Positions 41,584-50,542 of a stretch of DNA of 64,000 nt are shown here, in pieces. Origin of the DNA: Nanobdellota archaeon (GTDB taxonomy: Archaea > Nanobdellota > Nanobdellia > Pacearchaeales > GW2011-AR1). The notes under the pieces are model-generated. The model saw only the letters and a program-made list of their open reading frames with translations. It ran no database searches and was not told the DNA's origin. Position 1 is the first letter of the stretch. Each line of letters begins with the position of its first letter. Position numbers and translations under genes: made by a program. The stretch spans positions 5,582 to 69,581 of the forward strand of contig JAHJSH010000035.1 in NCBI GenBank assembly GCA_018830525.1. Direction: 5' to 3'.

Positions 41584-43008
41584 ATGGGATTTAAATCACT
41601 GAAGATTATTGAGCCGATTTTGCGTTCTCTTGAGAAAGAAGGATATACGAAACCGACGCCAATACAAGAGAAAACTATACCTTTATTGTTAGATAATAGG
41701 GATGTAATTGGGATTGCGCAGACTGGAACTGGGAAGACTGCGGCATTTGTTGTGCCTATTTTACAGAAATTGCAAGAGAGGACGAAGGGTTTGAAAAGTA
41801 AAGACCCACGAGTTTTAGTTTTAGCACCGACGAGAGAATTGGTGGCGCAGATATCTGAGAGTTTTGAGAATTATGGAAGATTTCTTAATTTTAGACATTT
41901 AGCAGTTTATGGTGGGGTTGGAATTGTCCCCCAGATTAGAACCTTACAACGAGGAGTTGATATTTTGATTGCTACTCCCGGTCGTTTGATGGATTTGATG
42001 AATCAGGGGAAGGTAAGTTTGAGAAATGTTGAATTTTTTGTTTTAGATGAGGCAGATAGAATGCTTGATATGGGATTTTTGCGGGATGTTAAGAAAATTG
42101 CTTCGGCATTGAAAGTTGAGAAACAATCTTTGTTTTTTTCGGCTACTATGTCTAATGAGATTGCGGACTTGACTAGAGATTTTTTGAGGAATCCTGTTCG
42201 TGTCGATATTACTCCCGAATCTAAGGTGGTAGATAAAATTGAGCAATGTGTTTTCTTTATTGACCAGAATGATAAGAATGAGTTGTTGTTGGATTTGATT
42301 AAGCAACAGAATATGAATCGTGTTTTGGTTTTTGTTGGAATGAAATATCGAGCTGACAAGGTTGTTAGAGTTTTGGAGCAAAATGGTGTGAGTGCTGATG
42401 CTATTCATGGGAACAAGTCTCAGATTCAGAGGACACGAGCATTGAATAATTTTAAGGATGGGAAGGTTAGGGTTTTGGTTGCGACAGATATTGCGGCTCG
42501 AGGAATTGATATTAAAAATATTGGGCATGTGATTAACTATGATTTGCCGAATGAACCTGAAAATTATATTCATAGAATTGGGCGGACTGCTAGGGCGGGG
42601 AAGGATGGGACTGCATATTCTTTTTGTGAAGCTCAGGATAGAAATTTTTTGAATCAGATTGAGAGAATTACTAAACGGAAAATTGAACATGCAGATCATA
42701 AGTATCATTCTATTGCAGCAAAAAATGCTGAAGGTGATGACGCTAAACCGGCTCCACGAAATGGTCGGGGCGGAAGAAGTTTTGGTAAAAGACAAAGAGG
42801 TCGGGGCGGAAGTGATGGCACCTTCACAAATAGAAGAAGAAAATTGGTTGGGGCAGGCCCTCGGGGAAATGTTCGAAGCAGGGGACGGGGAAATGCTCGG
42901 GGAAATGGCGGTCATGGAAGGTCTTCAAGAAGTGGTGGTAGTTCATCTAGAAGTATGAGAAGTGGAAGAAGTAGGTCTGGAAATAGTTCTGGGCGAAGCA
43001 GACGATAA
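41584..43008 (+). CDS. DEAD-box ATP-dependent RNA helicase with RG-rich tail
   Basis: AQTGTGKT, PTRELV, DEAD, SAT, HRIGRTARAG. Start set at Met16. Confidence 0.9.
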   Translation: MGFKSLKIIEPILRSLEKEGYTKPTPIQEKTIPLLLDNRDVIGIAQTGTGKTAAFVVPILQKLQERTKGLKSKDPRVLVLAPTRELVAQISESFENYGRFLNFRHLAVYGGVGIVPQIRTLQRGVDILIATPGRLMDLMNQGKVSLRNVEFFVLDEADRMLDMGFLRDVKKIASALKVEKQSLFFSATMSNEIADLTRDFLRNPVRVDITPESKVVDKIEQCVFFIDQNDKNELLLDLIKQQNMNRVLVFVGMKYRADKVVRVLEQNGVSADAIHGNKSQIQRTRALNNFKDGKVRVLVATDIAARGIDIKNIGHVINYDLPNEPENYIHRIGRTARAGKDGTAYSFCEAQDRNFLNQIERITKRKIEHADHKYHSIAAKNAEGDDAKPAPRNGRGGRSFGKRQRGRGGSDGTFTNRRRKLVGAGPRGNVRSRGRGNARGNGGHGRSSRSGGSSSRSMRSGRSRSGNSSGRSRR

Positions 43009-43059
43009 TTAATTCTATTATAAATTTTACAGGGTAGTGGTTTGGGAAACTAAATAGAA

Positions 43060-43296
43060 TTATTTTCTTTTCTTTTTTATTCTCTCGAATGCGTTTCTCG
43101 TAACTAGATAGGTTATGAAAATAATTGCGAAGAGGATAAGGATGGTGCTTTGTATGAATACGATATTGGCAATAGGGTTATCTACGTTAATGACATATTT
43201 TCCAGAGAGAAGTAAAAAATGCGTAACGATTGCAATACCCGCAAGGGCTATGATACAGATATGATGTTTTATAAAAAACTTTTTTGCGTCACCCAT
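43060..43296 (-). CDS. small membrane protein
   Basis: 78 aa with two TM helices. TATA upstream. Confidence 0.45.
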   Translation of the reverse strand: MGDAKKFFIKHHICIIALAGIAIVTHFLLLSGKYVINVDNPIANIVFIQSTILILFAIIFITYLVTRNAFERIKKKRK

Positions 43297-43330
43297 GTTT
43301 TCTTTTAATGTTTTAAGTATTTAAATATAT

Positions 43331-43873
43331 TTAATTTATTGATTCGGGGATATCGTAAGGTCCGTAAAGTTTTGTGTTGTAGTCATTGATGTCTTGGATT
43401 AGGTATCCGTCACCACAGACTATTGCTCTTCGTTCATCTCCACAACCGCCGAGTCCGTTGGATCTTCCACAAAACTCGGTAAAGTACTCTACAACTTCAG
43501 GTTTTTCTTCAGTTGATTTGCATCTGTAACTTGAAATGTCCCAAGGATTAATGTAGGGTTCTACGGTTTTTGGAAGTACTATACGTTCGGGATATTCGGG
43601 ATTATATTCTCCACGAGTTTCATAAAGGTTATATGCATAATCGTCTATGTTTCCGGTAAATTCGTGGACTCCCTTCATAGATTCGTCGGTTCTTGAATAC
43701 ATCATTCCCGTGGGAACGCCATCGAAGATACAATATTTTTCTTCTCGTTTACATTCTTGTTCAGATAAACGTGAATCATATGTCCTTGTATTCCAACCGA
43801 TTATTGAAACGATTATTGAAATTAGAATGATTGAGATGATTGTTGTAGTTACAAGTTTTGTTGAGTTTTCCAT
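43331..43873 (-). CDS. membrane-anchored Cys-containing extracellular protein
   Basis: N-terminal TM helix, 180 aa. Confidence 0.5.
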   Translation of the reverse strand: MENSTKLVTTTIISIILISIIVSIIGWNTRTYDSRLSEQECKREEKYCIFDGVPTGMMYSRTDESMKGVHEFTGNIDDYAYNLYETRGEYNPEYPERIVLPKTVEPYINPWDISSYRCKSTEEKPEVVEYFTEFCGRSNGLGGCGDERRAIVCGDGYLIQDINDYNTKLYGPYDIPESIN

Positions 43874-43878
43874 TGTAT

Positions 43879-44199
43879 TTATTTTTTCTTCTTCTTACCT
43901 CGTTTATTGAAGTTTCTGAAGAATTTGAATTCTTCTAGAAGCTCTGGAATTGTCCAGAGGACTGCGACGAATCCGATTATGAAAATGTAGATGTTGTAAT
44001 TGTCTGCGGATGAACCTGGGAATGGTTTTCCGGTTAGGGCAAAGTATATTAGGGAAACTCCTGCGAAGAGAAGGATTACTGAAAGGAATTTTCCGATAAT
44101 TTCTTGAGGGTCTCGTACTACTCTCTTTTCGAAGATTAGGATTGCGAGATAGTAGACTATGAAGATTGAGATGATGACTAGATATTCGGAGGTTATCAT
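43879..44199 (-). CDS. small membrane protein
   Basis: Three TM helices and a poly-Lys tail. CTTATATAC about 24 nt upstream. Confidence 0.5.
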   Translation of the reverse strand: MITSEYLVIISIFIVYYLAILIFEKRVVRDPQEIIGKFLSVILLFAGVSLIYFALTGKPFPGSSADNYNIYIFIIGFVAVLWTIPELLEEFKFFRNFNKRGKKKKK

Positions 44200-44316
44200 T
44201 GAATATCTAAATCCTGAAAGTATATAAGTTTAATTAAAATAAATTGTTTTGATTTGCGTTCTAAAAGCGTTGTCCGCAAGCATAGACAGATAATGAGTTC
44301 TCATGGTGTTGGGCGA

Positions 44317-44460
44317 TTATCTTCTAGCTATCCAACCGTTGCCACTGGCTTCCCATGTGGCTCCATTCATCGCTCTATCGATCGCACGAATCACTTCGTC
44401 ACGGCTTCGTCCGCCGTGAATGTTCATGTCGTCGTATAAAACTTCGAGTTTAACTATCAC
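44317..44460 (-). CDS. 47-aa protein with bacterial-style SD and GTG start (below the ORF-track cutoff)
   Basis: AAAGGAGGATAAA-GTG. IVKLEVLYDDMNIHGGRSRDEVIRAIDRAMNGATWEASGNGWIARR. Locally GC-rich. Confidence 0.35.
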   Translation of the reverse strand: MIVKLEVLYDDMNIHGGRSRDEVIRAIDRAMNGATWEASGNGWIARR

Positions 44461-44593
44461 TTTATCCTCCTTTTTTAATTAGCTTTCTTATGATCTAAGC
44501 TGATTGTTTATCGCGATTTTTCTTTATATAGAATTATGGGTTCCGATGTATATTTTGTGGGATGATTTGATTTATAAGCTGTTTGACTTAGGA

Positions 44594-44624
44594 GTGGTGG
44601 TAGTTGATTTGAGAGTAGTAGTGG
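44594..44624. repeat. 31-bp direct repeat, copy 1
   Basis: gtggtggtagttgatttgagagtagtagtgg, identical to 44683-44713. Confidence 0.9.
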
Positions 44625-44682
44625 ACCAGATTCGATTAAAATCTCATATACTTTCGGTCGCCTTTCAGTTGCTACGAAAGTG

Positions 44683-44713
44683 GTGGTGGTAGTTGATTTG
44701 AGAGTAGTAGTGG
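44683..44713. repeat. 31-bp direct repeat, copy 2
   Basis: Identical to 44594-44624. The 58-bp spacer contains the hairpin ctttcg...cgaaag. Confidence 0.9.
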
Positions 44714-44766
44714 GGGGTTTTGGTGTTTATGAGAATGTTTATTAATCTAAATTATATTGTATAATT

Positions 44767-46683
44767 ATGAAAAAGAGAGGTATATCTGCGGTTGTTGCGA
44801 CGATTTTGATAATTTTGATTGTCGTCGTGGGGGTTGGAATTGTTTGGAAGATTATTTTGCCACTTTTTGCGGAGTTGGAATTATTGAGTTACTCGGATGT
44901 TCGGATGAATATTGTTATGCAGGGTTATACGATTTATGATAAGGATGGGCATTTTGCTTTTGTTCAGATTGGGCGGGGCGCTGATGAGGTTAATGTGACC
45001 GGGCTTGAGATTGGATTTCGTTTTGATGGGACGACGAAGACTTATCAGACGAAAGTGGTTCCTGCTCCGGGCGGAAAACATGTTTACAAATTTAATTTTA
45101 CAAATGATTCTGATATGGGGATTCCTCAAGATGTGGCTCCTGATAAGGTGACTGTTGCGCCTGTTTTTATTTTTAATAATAAGGTTAGATTGGGACAGAT
45201 TTTAGATGAGAAGCCTTTGCCCTCGGGGAAGATTTATTTGTCTGCGGGAGATTGGATTAATGCTAATCTCGAGGCTGCGGAGAATATTGTTGTGATTCAC
45301 CTTGGTCCGAGTAATGTGCCTGGGGTTCCGGTGAATGATACTGGGGATGGAGAAGGATGTATTGTTTCTGGGGAAGAGATTTGTGGAAATGATGTCGATG
45401 AAGATTGTGAAAATGGCGTCGATGATGGTTGTGATGTTTTGGGTTATTTCTTTGAAGGAACGGGGGTTGAAGGAGATGCTTATGTTATTGAGAATTGTTA
45501 TCAGTTGCAAAATATGAGTTATAATCTGGATGGATATTATGAGCTTAAGGGAAATATTGATTGTTCTATGACTAATTTATGGGGTGAGGGGAAGGGGTTT
45601 AAGCCTGTTGGAGACCTTTCATCTAAGTTTACTGGAAGGTTTGATGGAAATGACTTTGAGATTAGTGAATTGTTTATTAATCGTGGTGATGAGAATTATG
45701 TTGGGTTGTTTGGTTATATTCGGAGTGGTGAGATAAAGAATGTTGGGATGGTTGATTCTGAAATTTACGGTAACAGTTATGTTGGGGGCATCACCGGCTC
45801 TTCTTCTCCTGATTCTACAATTACCAACTCCTACAACACTGGCTCTGTTAATGGTCGTTCTGGTGTGGGAGGGATAGTCGGAATTTCTTATTCTTCAATC
45901 ACAGATTCCTACAACACTGGCTCAGTCCAAGGTTATTCAAATTATATCGGGGGAATAGCCGGAGATTCTTATTCTCCGATCACCAATTCCTACAACACTG
46001 GCTCCATTTCAAGTTCTTCAGGAAATGCTGGAGGCATAGCAGGTAGTTCTCATGATTCCACAGTCACTAACTCCTACAACACCGGCTCCGTCGTAAGTTA
46101 TTTAAGAACTGCCGGGGGGATAATTGGTTTTTCTCTTTCATCTCCAGTCACTAACTCCTACAACACCGGCTCCATTTCAGGGTTAGAATATGTTGGGGGG
46201 GTAATCGGTGTTTCTTTTGATTCTTCTCCAGTCACTAACTCCTACAACACCGGCTCAGTCACAGGTTCTTTACGTGTCGGAGGTATAATTGGTGCTTCTC
46301 ATTATGATTCCACAGTCACTAACTCCTACAACACCGGCTCAGTCACAGGTTCTTCTCATATTGGAGGGATAATTGGTGCTTCTCATTATGATTCCACAGT
46401 CACTAACTCCTACAACACCGGCTCAGTCACAGGTTCTTCTCATATTGGAGGGATAATCGGTTCTATTGAGGCTGGGGGTTATTCTCCAGTTATGAACTCC
46501 TATTATCTTGATTCGAGTTGTGGGGAGTTTTGTGGTTATTGGGGGAAGAGTTTAACTAGTCTGCAGATGAAGGCGGGTAAGGGTTACAATGGTTGGGATT
46601 TTGATACTATATGGGATATTGATGAAGGAACGAGTTATCCTTGGTTGGGGGAAATTGAACAAGTGCCTCATCCCGGATTGTAA
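44767..46683 (+). CDS. surface protein with archaeal class-III (type IV pilin-like) signal peptide and GLUG-motif repeats
   Basis: MKKRGISAVVATILIILIVVVGVGIVW matches the archaeal prepilin/flagellin-type N-terminus. The C-terminal half is VGGI.G.....I.NSYNTGSV repeats. Confidence 0.7.
   Translation: MKKRGISAVVATILIILIVVVGVGIVWKIILPLFAELELLSYSDVRMNIVMQGYTIYDKDGHFAFVQIGRGADEVNVTGLEIGFRFDGTTKTYQTKVVPAPGGKHVYKFNFTNDSDMGIPQDVAPDKVTVAPVFIFNNKVRLGQILDEKPLPSGKIYLSAGDWINANLEAAENIVVIHLGPSNVPGVPVNDTGDGEGCIVSGEEICGNDVDEDCENGVDDGCDVLGYFFEGTGVEGDAYVIENCYQLQNMSYNLDGYYELKGNIDCSMTNLWGEGKGFKPVGDLSSKFTGRFDGNDFEISELFINRGDENYVGLFGYIRSGEIKNVGMVDSEIYGNSYVGGITGSSSPDSTITNSYNTGSVNGRSGVGGIVGISYSSITDSYNTGSVQGYSNYIGGIAGDSYSPITNSYNTGSISSSSGNAGGIAGSSHDSTVTNSYNTGSVVSYLRTAGGIIGFSLSSPVTNSYNTGSISGLEYVGGVIGVSFDSSPVTNSYNTGSVTGSLRVGGIIGASHYDSTVTNSYNTGSVTGSSHIGGIIGASHYDSTVTNSYNTGSVTGSSHIGGIIGSIEAGGYSPVMNSYYLDSSCGEFCGYWGKSLTSLQMKAGKGYNGWDFDTIWDIDEGTSYPWLGEIEQVPHPGL
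46291..46458. repeat. near-perfect 2 x 84-bp tandem duplication inside the GLUG repeats
   Basis: ggtgcttctcattatgattccacag...ggagggataat occurs at 46291 and 46375, with 1 mismatch. Confidence 0.85.
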
Positions 46684-46896
46684 GATTTTTAGATGATAAT
46701 TATAGAGATTATTTTCTTTTTTTTTGTTATGCCATTTGATGTGATTGTTAGGGTTTAGATAGGTAAATATAATCTCCCTAATAATCAAATACTTCTAATG
46801 TGATTTGTGTGGTAGAAGGACGTCTTTAATCTGTTTAACTCCAATCTGAATTGAAGTTATCGCGCGGTTTAAATAGTATTTTTTAGTGTATATTTT

Positions 46897-46992
46897 ATGG
46901 AGACAATTAGAACGAGATTATGCAATGACAACCCAGTAGGTAATCTGGTGATTGAAGTCCTTGCGGATCAAAAATCTATAGATTTTTGCTAA
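46897..46992 (+). CDS. 31-aa upstream ORF coupled to the HTH gene
   Basis: GGTTTAAATAG about 25 nt upstream. METIRTRLCNDNPVGNLVIEVLADQKSIDFC. TAATG overlap with the next start. Confidence 0.3.
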   Translation: METIRTRLCNDNPVGNLVIEVLADQKSIDFC

Positions 46993-47606
46993 TGGCAAAA
47001 GACGAGACCAGCATTATGATTAATCTCGGGGATGAGAAAGCGAAGCAGATTTCGGAAGTTATTGGGAGCAAGTCTTGTAATAGGATTTTGAATTTGCTTG
47101 CTGAAAAAGATTTGACAGTTAGTGAGATTTCTCGGGAGTTGAAGATGCCGATTAATACGGTTGATTATAATGTTAAGAAATTGGTTCGGGCGGGTTTGAT
47201 TGAGAAAGCGTCGCATTGGTGGAGTGTTAAGGGGAAAAAGATGCTAACTTACAAAGTTTCTAATAAGAAGATAATTATTTCTCCAAGAAAATCTGTTGCG
47301 AAGGTTTTTGCTTGGACACTTGGATTGACTGGACTTACTGCTTTGACAATTAGGGAATTACTTGGACGGGCACAATATGCTGCGGCTCCAGTTATGGATA
47401 TGGCTAAGGGTAATGCTTTGATGGCTGAAGCAACTACAAGTTCTGCACCGATAATCTTGGAGGGAGCCGAGAGCGGTGGTGCAGGATTTTTGTCTTTCCT
47501 TGCAGGGATAAGTCCGTGGTCGTGGTTCTTAATCGGGGCATGGTTTGCAGTTTTTTTGTTCTTCGCGATAACATTAATAAATGATGGGAGACATAAATTA
47601 TTATGA
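46992..47606 (+). CDS. ArsR-like winged-helix protein with C-terminal TM segments
   Basis: CNRILNLLAEKDLTVSEISRELKMPINTVDYNVKKLVRAGLIE. The track start is a TTG two codons upstream. Confidence 0.65.
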   Translation: MAKDETSIMINLGDEKAKQISEVIGSKSCNRILNLLAEKDLTVSEISRELKMPINTVDYNVKKLVRAGLIEKASHWWSVKGKKMLTYKVSNKKIIISPRKSVAKVFAWTLGLTGLTALTIRELLGRAQYAAAPVMDMAKGNALMAEATTSSAPIILEGAESGGAGFLSFLAGISPWSWFLIGAWFAVFLFFAITLINDGRHKLL

Positions 47607-49744
47607 AACAGGTGATGGGTGTGACTCTTATGATTCTTGCACTTGCAGCGATAACTAGTTTAGTTGTGTTTTCAGTTCAGCAAAATATGCCTAATGGGAC
47701 TACTGAAATTGATTTGAAGAAGTTTGCATCGGATGAAGAATTTAGAACGTTTGTGAATGAAAGTTCAGAGGGAAATTATAATTATATGTTTGGTGGTGAT
47801 ATGATGATGGCTGAAACGATGGCCATAGATTCTGGCGCGGTTCTAACGGCTGATTCTAATCAAAAATCTTCCGCAGATGATTACTCTACGACAAATATCC
47901 AAGTTGAAGGTGTTGATGAAGCAGATATTGTAAAGAATGATGGGAAATATATTTATGTTGCTACTGGAAAGAAAGTTGTGATTTTGGATGCTTATCCTGC
48001 AGATGAAATGAAAGTATTGGCAGAAATTAATTTTAGTGCTAGTGTTAGTGAGATTTTTATTAATGATGATAAGTTAGTTGTATTTGGTCGGGGGATTGTA
48101 GATAGTCCTCAAGAGGAAGAGAGGGAAGAAGTAGGAGATTTGGAAATTTTGGACAATTATTATTATTATTATCCTAGAAATTATGACCCTGCGGTTTTGA
48201 CTTATGATATTAGTGATAGAGAAAATCCAGTTCTTGAGAACACTGTTATTCTTGAAGGAAATTACATTGATTCTAGAATGATTGGAGATTATGTTTATGT
48301 TGTGAGCTATAAGTATGTTTATACTGGTGTTGAGTCGCCGATTTATTATATTAACGGTGTTGAGCGAGCTGTTGATGTAGAAGATATTTATTACCCGACA
48401 TTTAGAGATAATAGTTATCAATTTACTTCTATCTCTTCGATAAACCTTAAGTCGGGAGATTTTGAAACGGAGACTTACCTTCTTGGGACTTCGTATACGA
48501 TGTATGTTTCGGAGAATAATATTTATCTTACCCAGTTTAAGAGTACAAGTTATGAGGATTATATAGATATTATTATTGAAGATGTATATTTAGAGATTCT
48601 TCCGAAAGAGTACAAGGAACGAGTTGAAGAAATTCTAGGTATGGATGAATATTATGATAAGAGCAAGGCTATGGGAGATTTGATGGAGGAATGGGGAGAT
48701 AGTATGGAAGGACAAGAAGTTAGTGAGCTTGAGGAACAGATGGAAGAGTTGATGACTGCAGCTTCTATAAAAATTTCTAAGATGCAAGGAACTGCGATTT
48801 ACAAGATTGGGTTAGATAAGATGGATATTGATTATATCGCGAGTGGGTTTGTTCCAGGGAGATTGTTGGATCAGTTTTCTATGGATGAGCATGAAGGGAA
48901 TTTGAGAGTTGCTACGACTAGTGGGAGTACTTGGTGGGGTGCGGGCTCTGATAGTTTGAGTCATATGTTTGTTTTAGATGAAGATTTGGAGATTGTTGGA
49001 AGTGTTGAAAATTTGGCTGAAGGCGAGAGAATTTACTCTTCGAGATTCATGGGAGACCGAGCTTACATGGTAACGTTTAGACAAGTTGATCCGTTGTTTG
49101 TTATTGATTTATCTGACCCGGAGAATCCTAAAGTTATGGGGGAGTTGAAGATTACTGGTGTTTCAGAATATTTGCATCCTTATGATGAGGACCATATTAT
49201 TGGAATTGGTAAGGCAGCGACGGAGGAAGGGCTCTTTCAGGGATTGAAGGTTTCATTGTTCGATGTCAGTGATGTTGAGAATCCAATTGAAGTTGCAAAG
49301 ATTGAGATTGGAGATAGGGGTACGAATAGCGATGCGTTTAATGACCACAAGGCGGTTTTATTTGACAAGGAAAAGAACTTGTTAGTTCTTCCAGTTGATT
49401 TGTATGAGATTACTCAAAGTTCGAGTAGAACTTATGGAGAATTTGTATGGCAAGGGGCTATGGTTTTAGATATTAGCCCGCAAGGGATTAGTGAGCGGGG
49501 GAGGATAACTCATCGAACTTATGAAACAGAAGATGATGGATATTATTGGAAGCAGTACCAAAGTTCGATTAAGAGAAGTTTGTATATGGATGATGTGCTT
49601 TACACGATATCGCAGACTAAGGTAAAAGCTAATTACTTGGAGAGTCTTGATGAGATTAAGGAAGTTGTAATTTCTGAAGGTTCGGATTATAATTATTATC
49701 CGATGACTGGTGGCGGTCTTCTTGAAGAAACGATTGCATTTTAA
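47603..49744 (+). CDS. secreted beta-propeller domain protein (COG4880-like)
   Basis: Signal/TM N-terminus. TNIQVEGVDEADIVKNDGKYIYV is the hallmark recalled for this family. ATGA overlap with the HTH gene. Confidence 0.6.
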   Translation: MKQVMGVTLMILALAAITSLVVFSVQQNMPNGTTEIDLKKFASDEEFRTFVNESSEGNYNYMFGGDMMMAETMAIDSGAVLTADSNQKSSADDYSTTNIQVEGVDEADIVKNDGKYIYVATGKKVVILDAYPADEMKVLAEINFSASVSEIFINDDKLVVFGRGIVDSPQEEEREEVGDLEILDNYYYYYPRNYDPAVLTYDISDRENPVLENTVILEGNYIDSRMIGDYVYVVSYKYVYTGVESPIYYINGVERAVDVEDIYYPTFRDNSYQFTSISSINLKSGDFETETYLLGTSYTMYVSENNIYLTQFKSTSYEDYIDIIIEDVYLEILPKEYKERVEEILGMDEYYDKSKAMGDLMEEWGDSMEGQEVSELEEQMEELMTAASIKISKMQGTAIYKIGLDKMDIDYIASGFVPGRLLDQFSMDEHEGNLRVATTSGSTWWGAGSDSLSHMFVLDEDLEIVGSVENLAEGERIYSSRFMGDRAYMVTFRQVDPLFVIDLSDPENPKVMGELKITGVSEYLHPYDEDHIIGIGKAATEEGLFQGLKVSLFDVSDVENPIEVAKIEIGDRGTNSDAFNDHKAVLFDKEKNLLVLPVDLYEITQSSSRTYGEFVWQGAMVLDISPQGISERGRITHRTYETEDDGYYWKQYQSSIKRSLYMDDVLYTISQTKVKANYLESLDEIKEVVISEGSDYNYYPMTGGGLLEETIAF

Positions 49745-49778
49745 TTAGTTTTATAAGTCTTCTAAGCTATATTTAAAC

Positions 49779-50528
49779 ATGGGATTTTGGCCGGTCGTTA
49801 TGAATGTTCTCCGGAACTCGGATGTTGTGCTTTTGTTAGTGGATGCGCGAATGCCAGAGATTACGAAGAATTCTGAAATTGTTTCGAAGGTTGAGAATAT
49901 GAAGGGCAAGCGTCTTGTGATTGTTTTTAATAAGTCGGATTTGATTGGTCGGAAGGATATTGAAAAATTAAAGAAAGAATATCCTAATGCATTTTTTATT
50001 TCAGCGACGAAGAAAATTGGAATTGGTAAATTGAAATCCACATTAGAAAATATGGCGGAGCATTGGAATCGACCGAGTTTAAGGGTTGGGCTTGTCGGTT
50101 ATCCTAATATTGGGAAATCGACTTTGATTAATTTGCTTGCTCCTGCGGCCCATGCTAAAGTGTCTCCAGTTTCTGGGACGACTAGGAAGACTTTATGGGT
50201 TCGAAATGGTCGATTGAGAATTATGGATTCTCCAGGAATTATTCCGTATGGGGATAAAAAAGTTCAGGTTGGAATGACAGCTTCTAAGGATCCGCATAAG
50301 ATAAAAAATCCGGAGAAGGTTGCGATTAGTATAATTGAGCTTTTGATGGGGAAGGATCCGAAGTTGTTAGAGAAGTATTACAAGGCTTCTGGGGCAACAG
50401 CTTATGAGATTTTTGAGGATATTGGGCATAAGATGGGGTATTTGGTTAAGGGTGGAGAGGTTGATGAGAATAGGATTGCGATTAAAGTAATTGACGATTG
50501 GCAGAGGGGTAGGATAATGTTGAAGTGA
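49779..50528 (+). CDS. circularly permuted GTPase (YlqF/RbgA-like)
   Basis: G4 FNKSDL precedes G1 GYPNIGKST and G3 DSPG. Confidence 0.8.
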   Translation: MGFWPVVMNVLRNSDVVLLLVDARMPEITKNSEIVSKVENMKGKRLVIVFNKSDLIGRKDIEKLKKEYPNAFFISATKKIGIGKLKSTLENMAEHWNRPSLRVGLVGYPNIGKSTLINLLAPAAHAKVSPVSGTTRKTLWVRNGRLRIMDSPGIIPYGDKKVQVGMTASKDPHKIKNPEKVAISIIELLMGKDPKLLEKYYKASGATAYEIFEDIGHKMGYLVKGGEVDENRIAIKVIDDWQRGRIMLK

Positions 50529-50542
50529 TTAATTTTTAAAGA

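Noticed and set aside
42003-42915. Long minus-strand ORFs (290 aa and 118 aa) antisense to the second DEAD-box helicase.
   Set aside because: They lie fully inside a gene with all helicase motifs. The products are low-complexity (N/I/S/F-rich) and no promoter or SD context is visible. Such shadow ORFs are expected opposite purine-rich AT-biased coding strands.
44594-44713. Possible mini CRISPR array (two 31-bp direct repeats).
   Set aside because: There are only two copies and the spacing is 58 bp. The repeat is not palindromic or CRISPR-like, and there are no cas genes or leader. Kept only as a regulatory or repeat observation.
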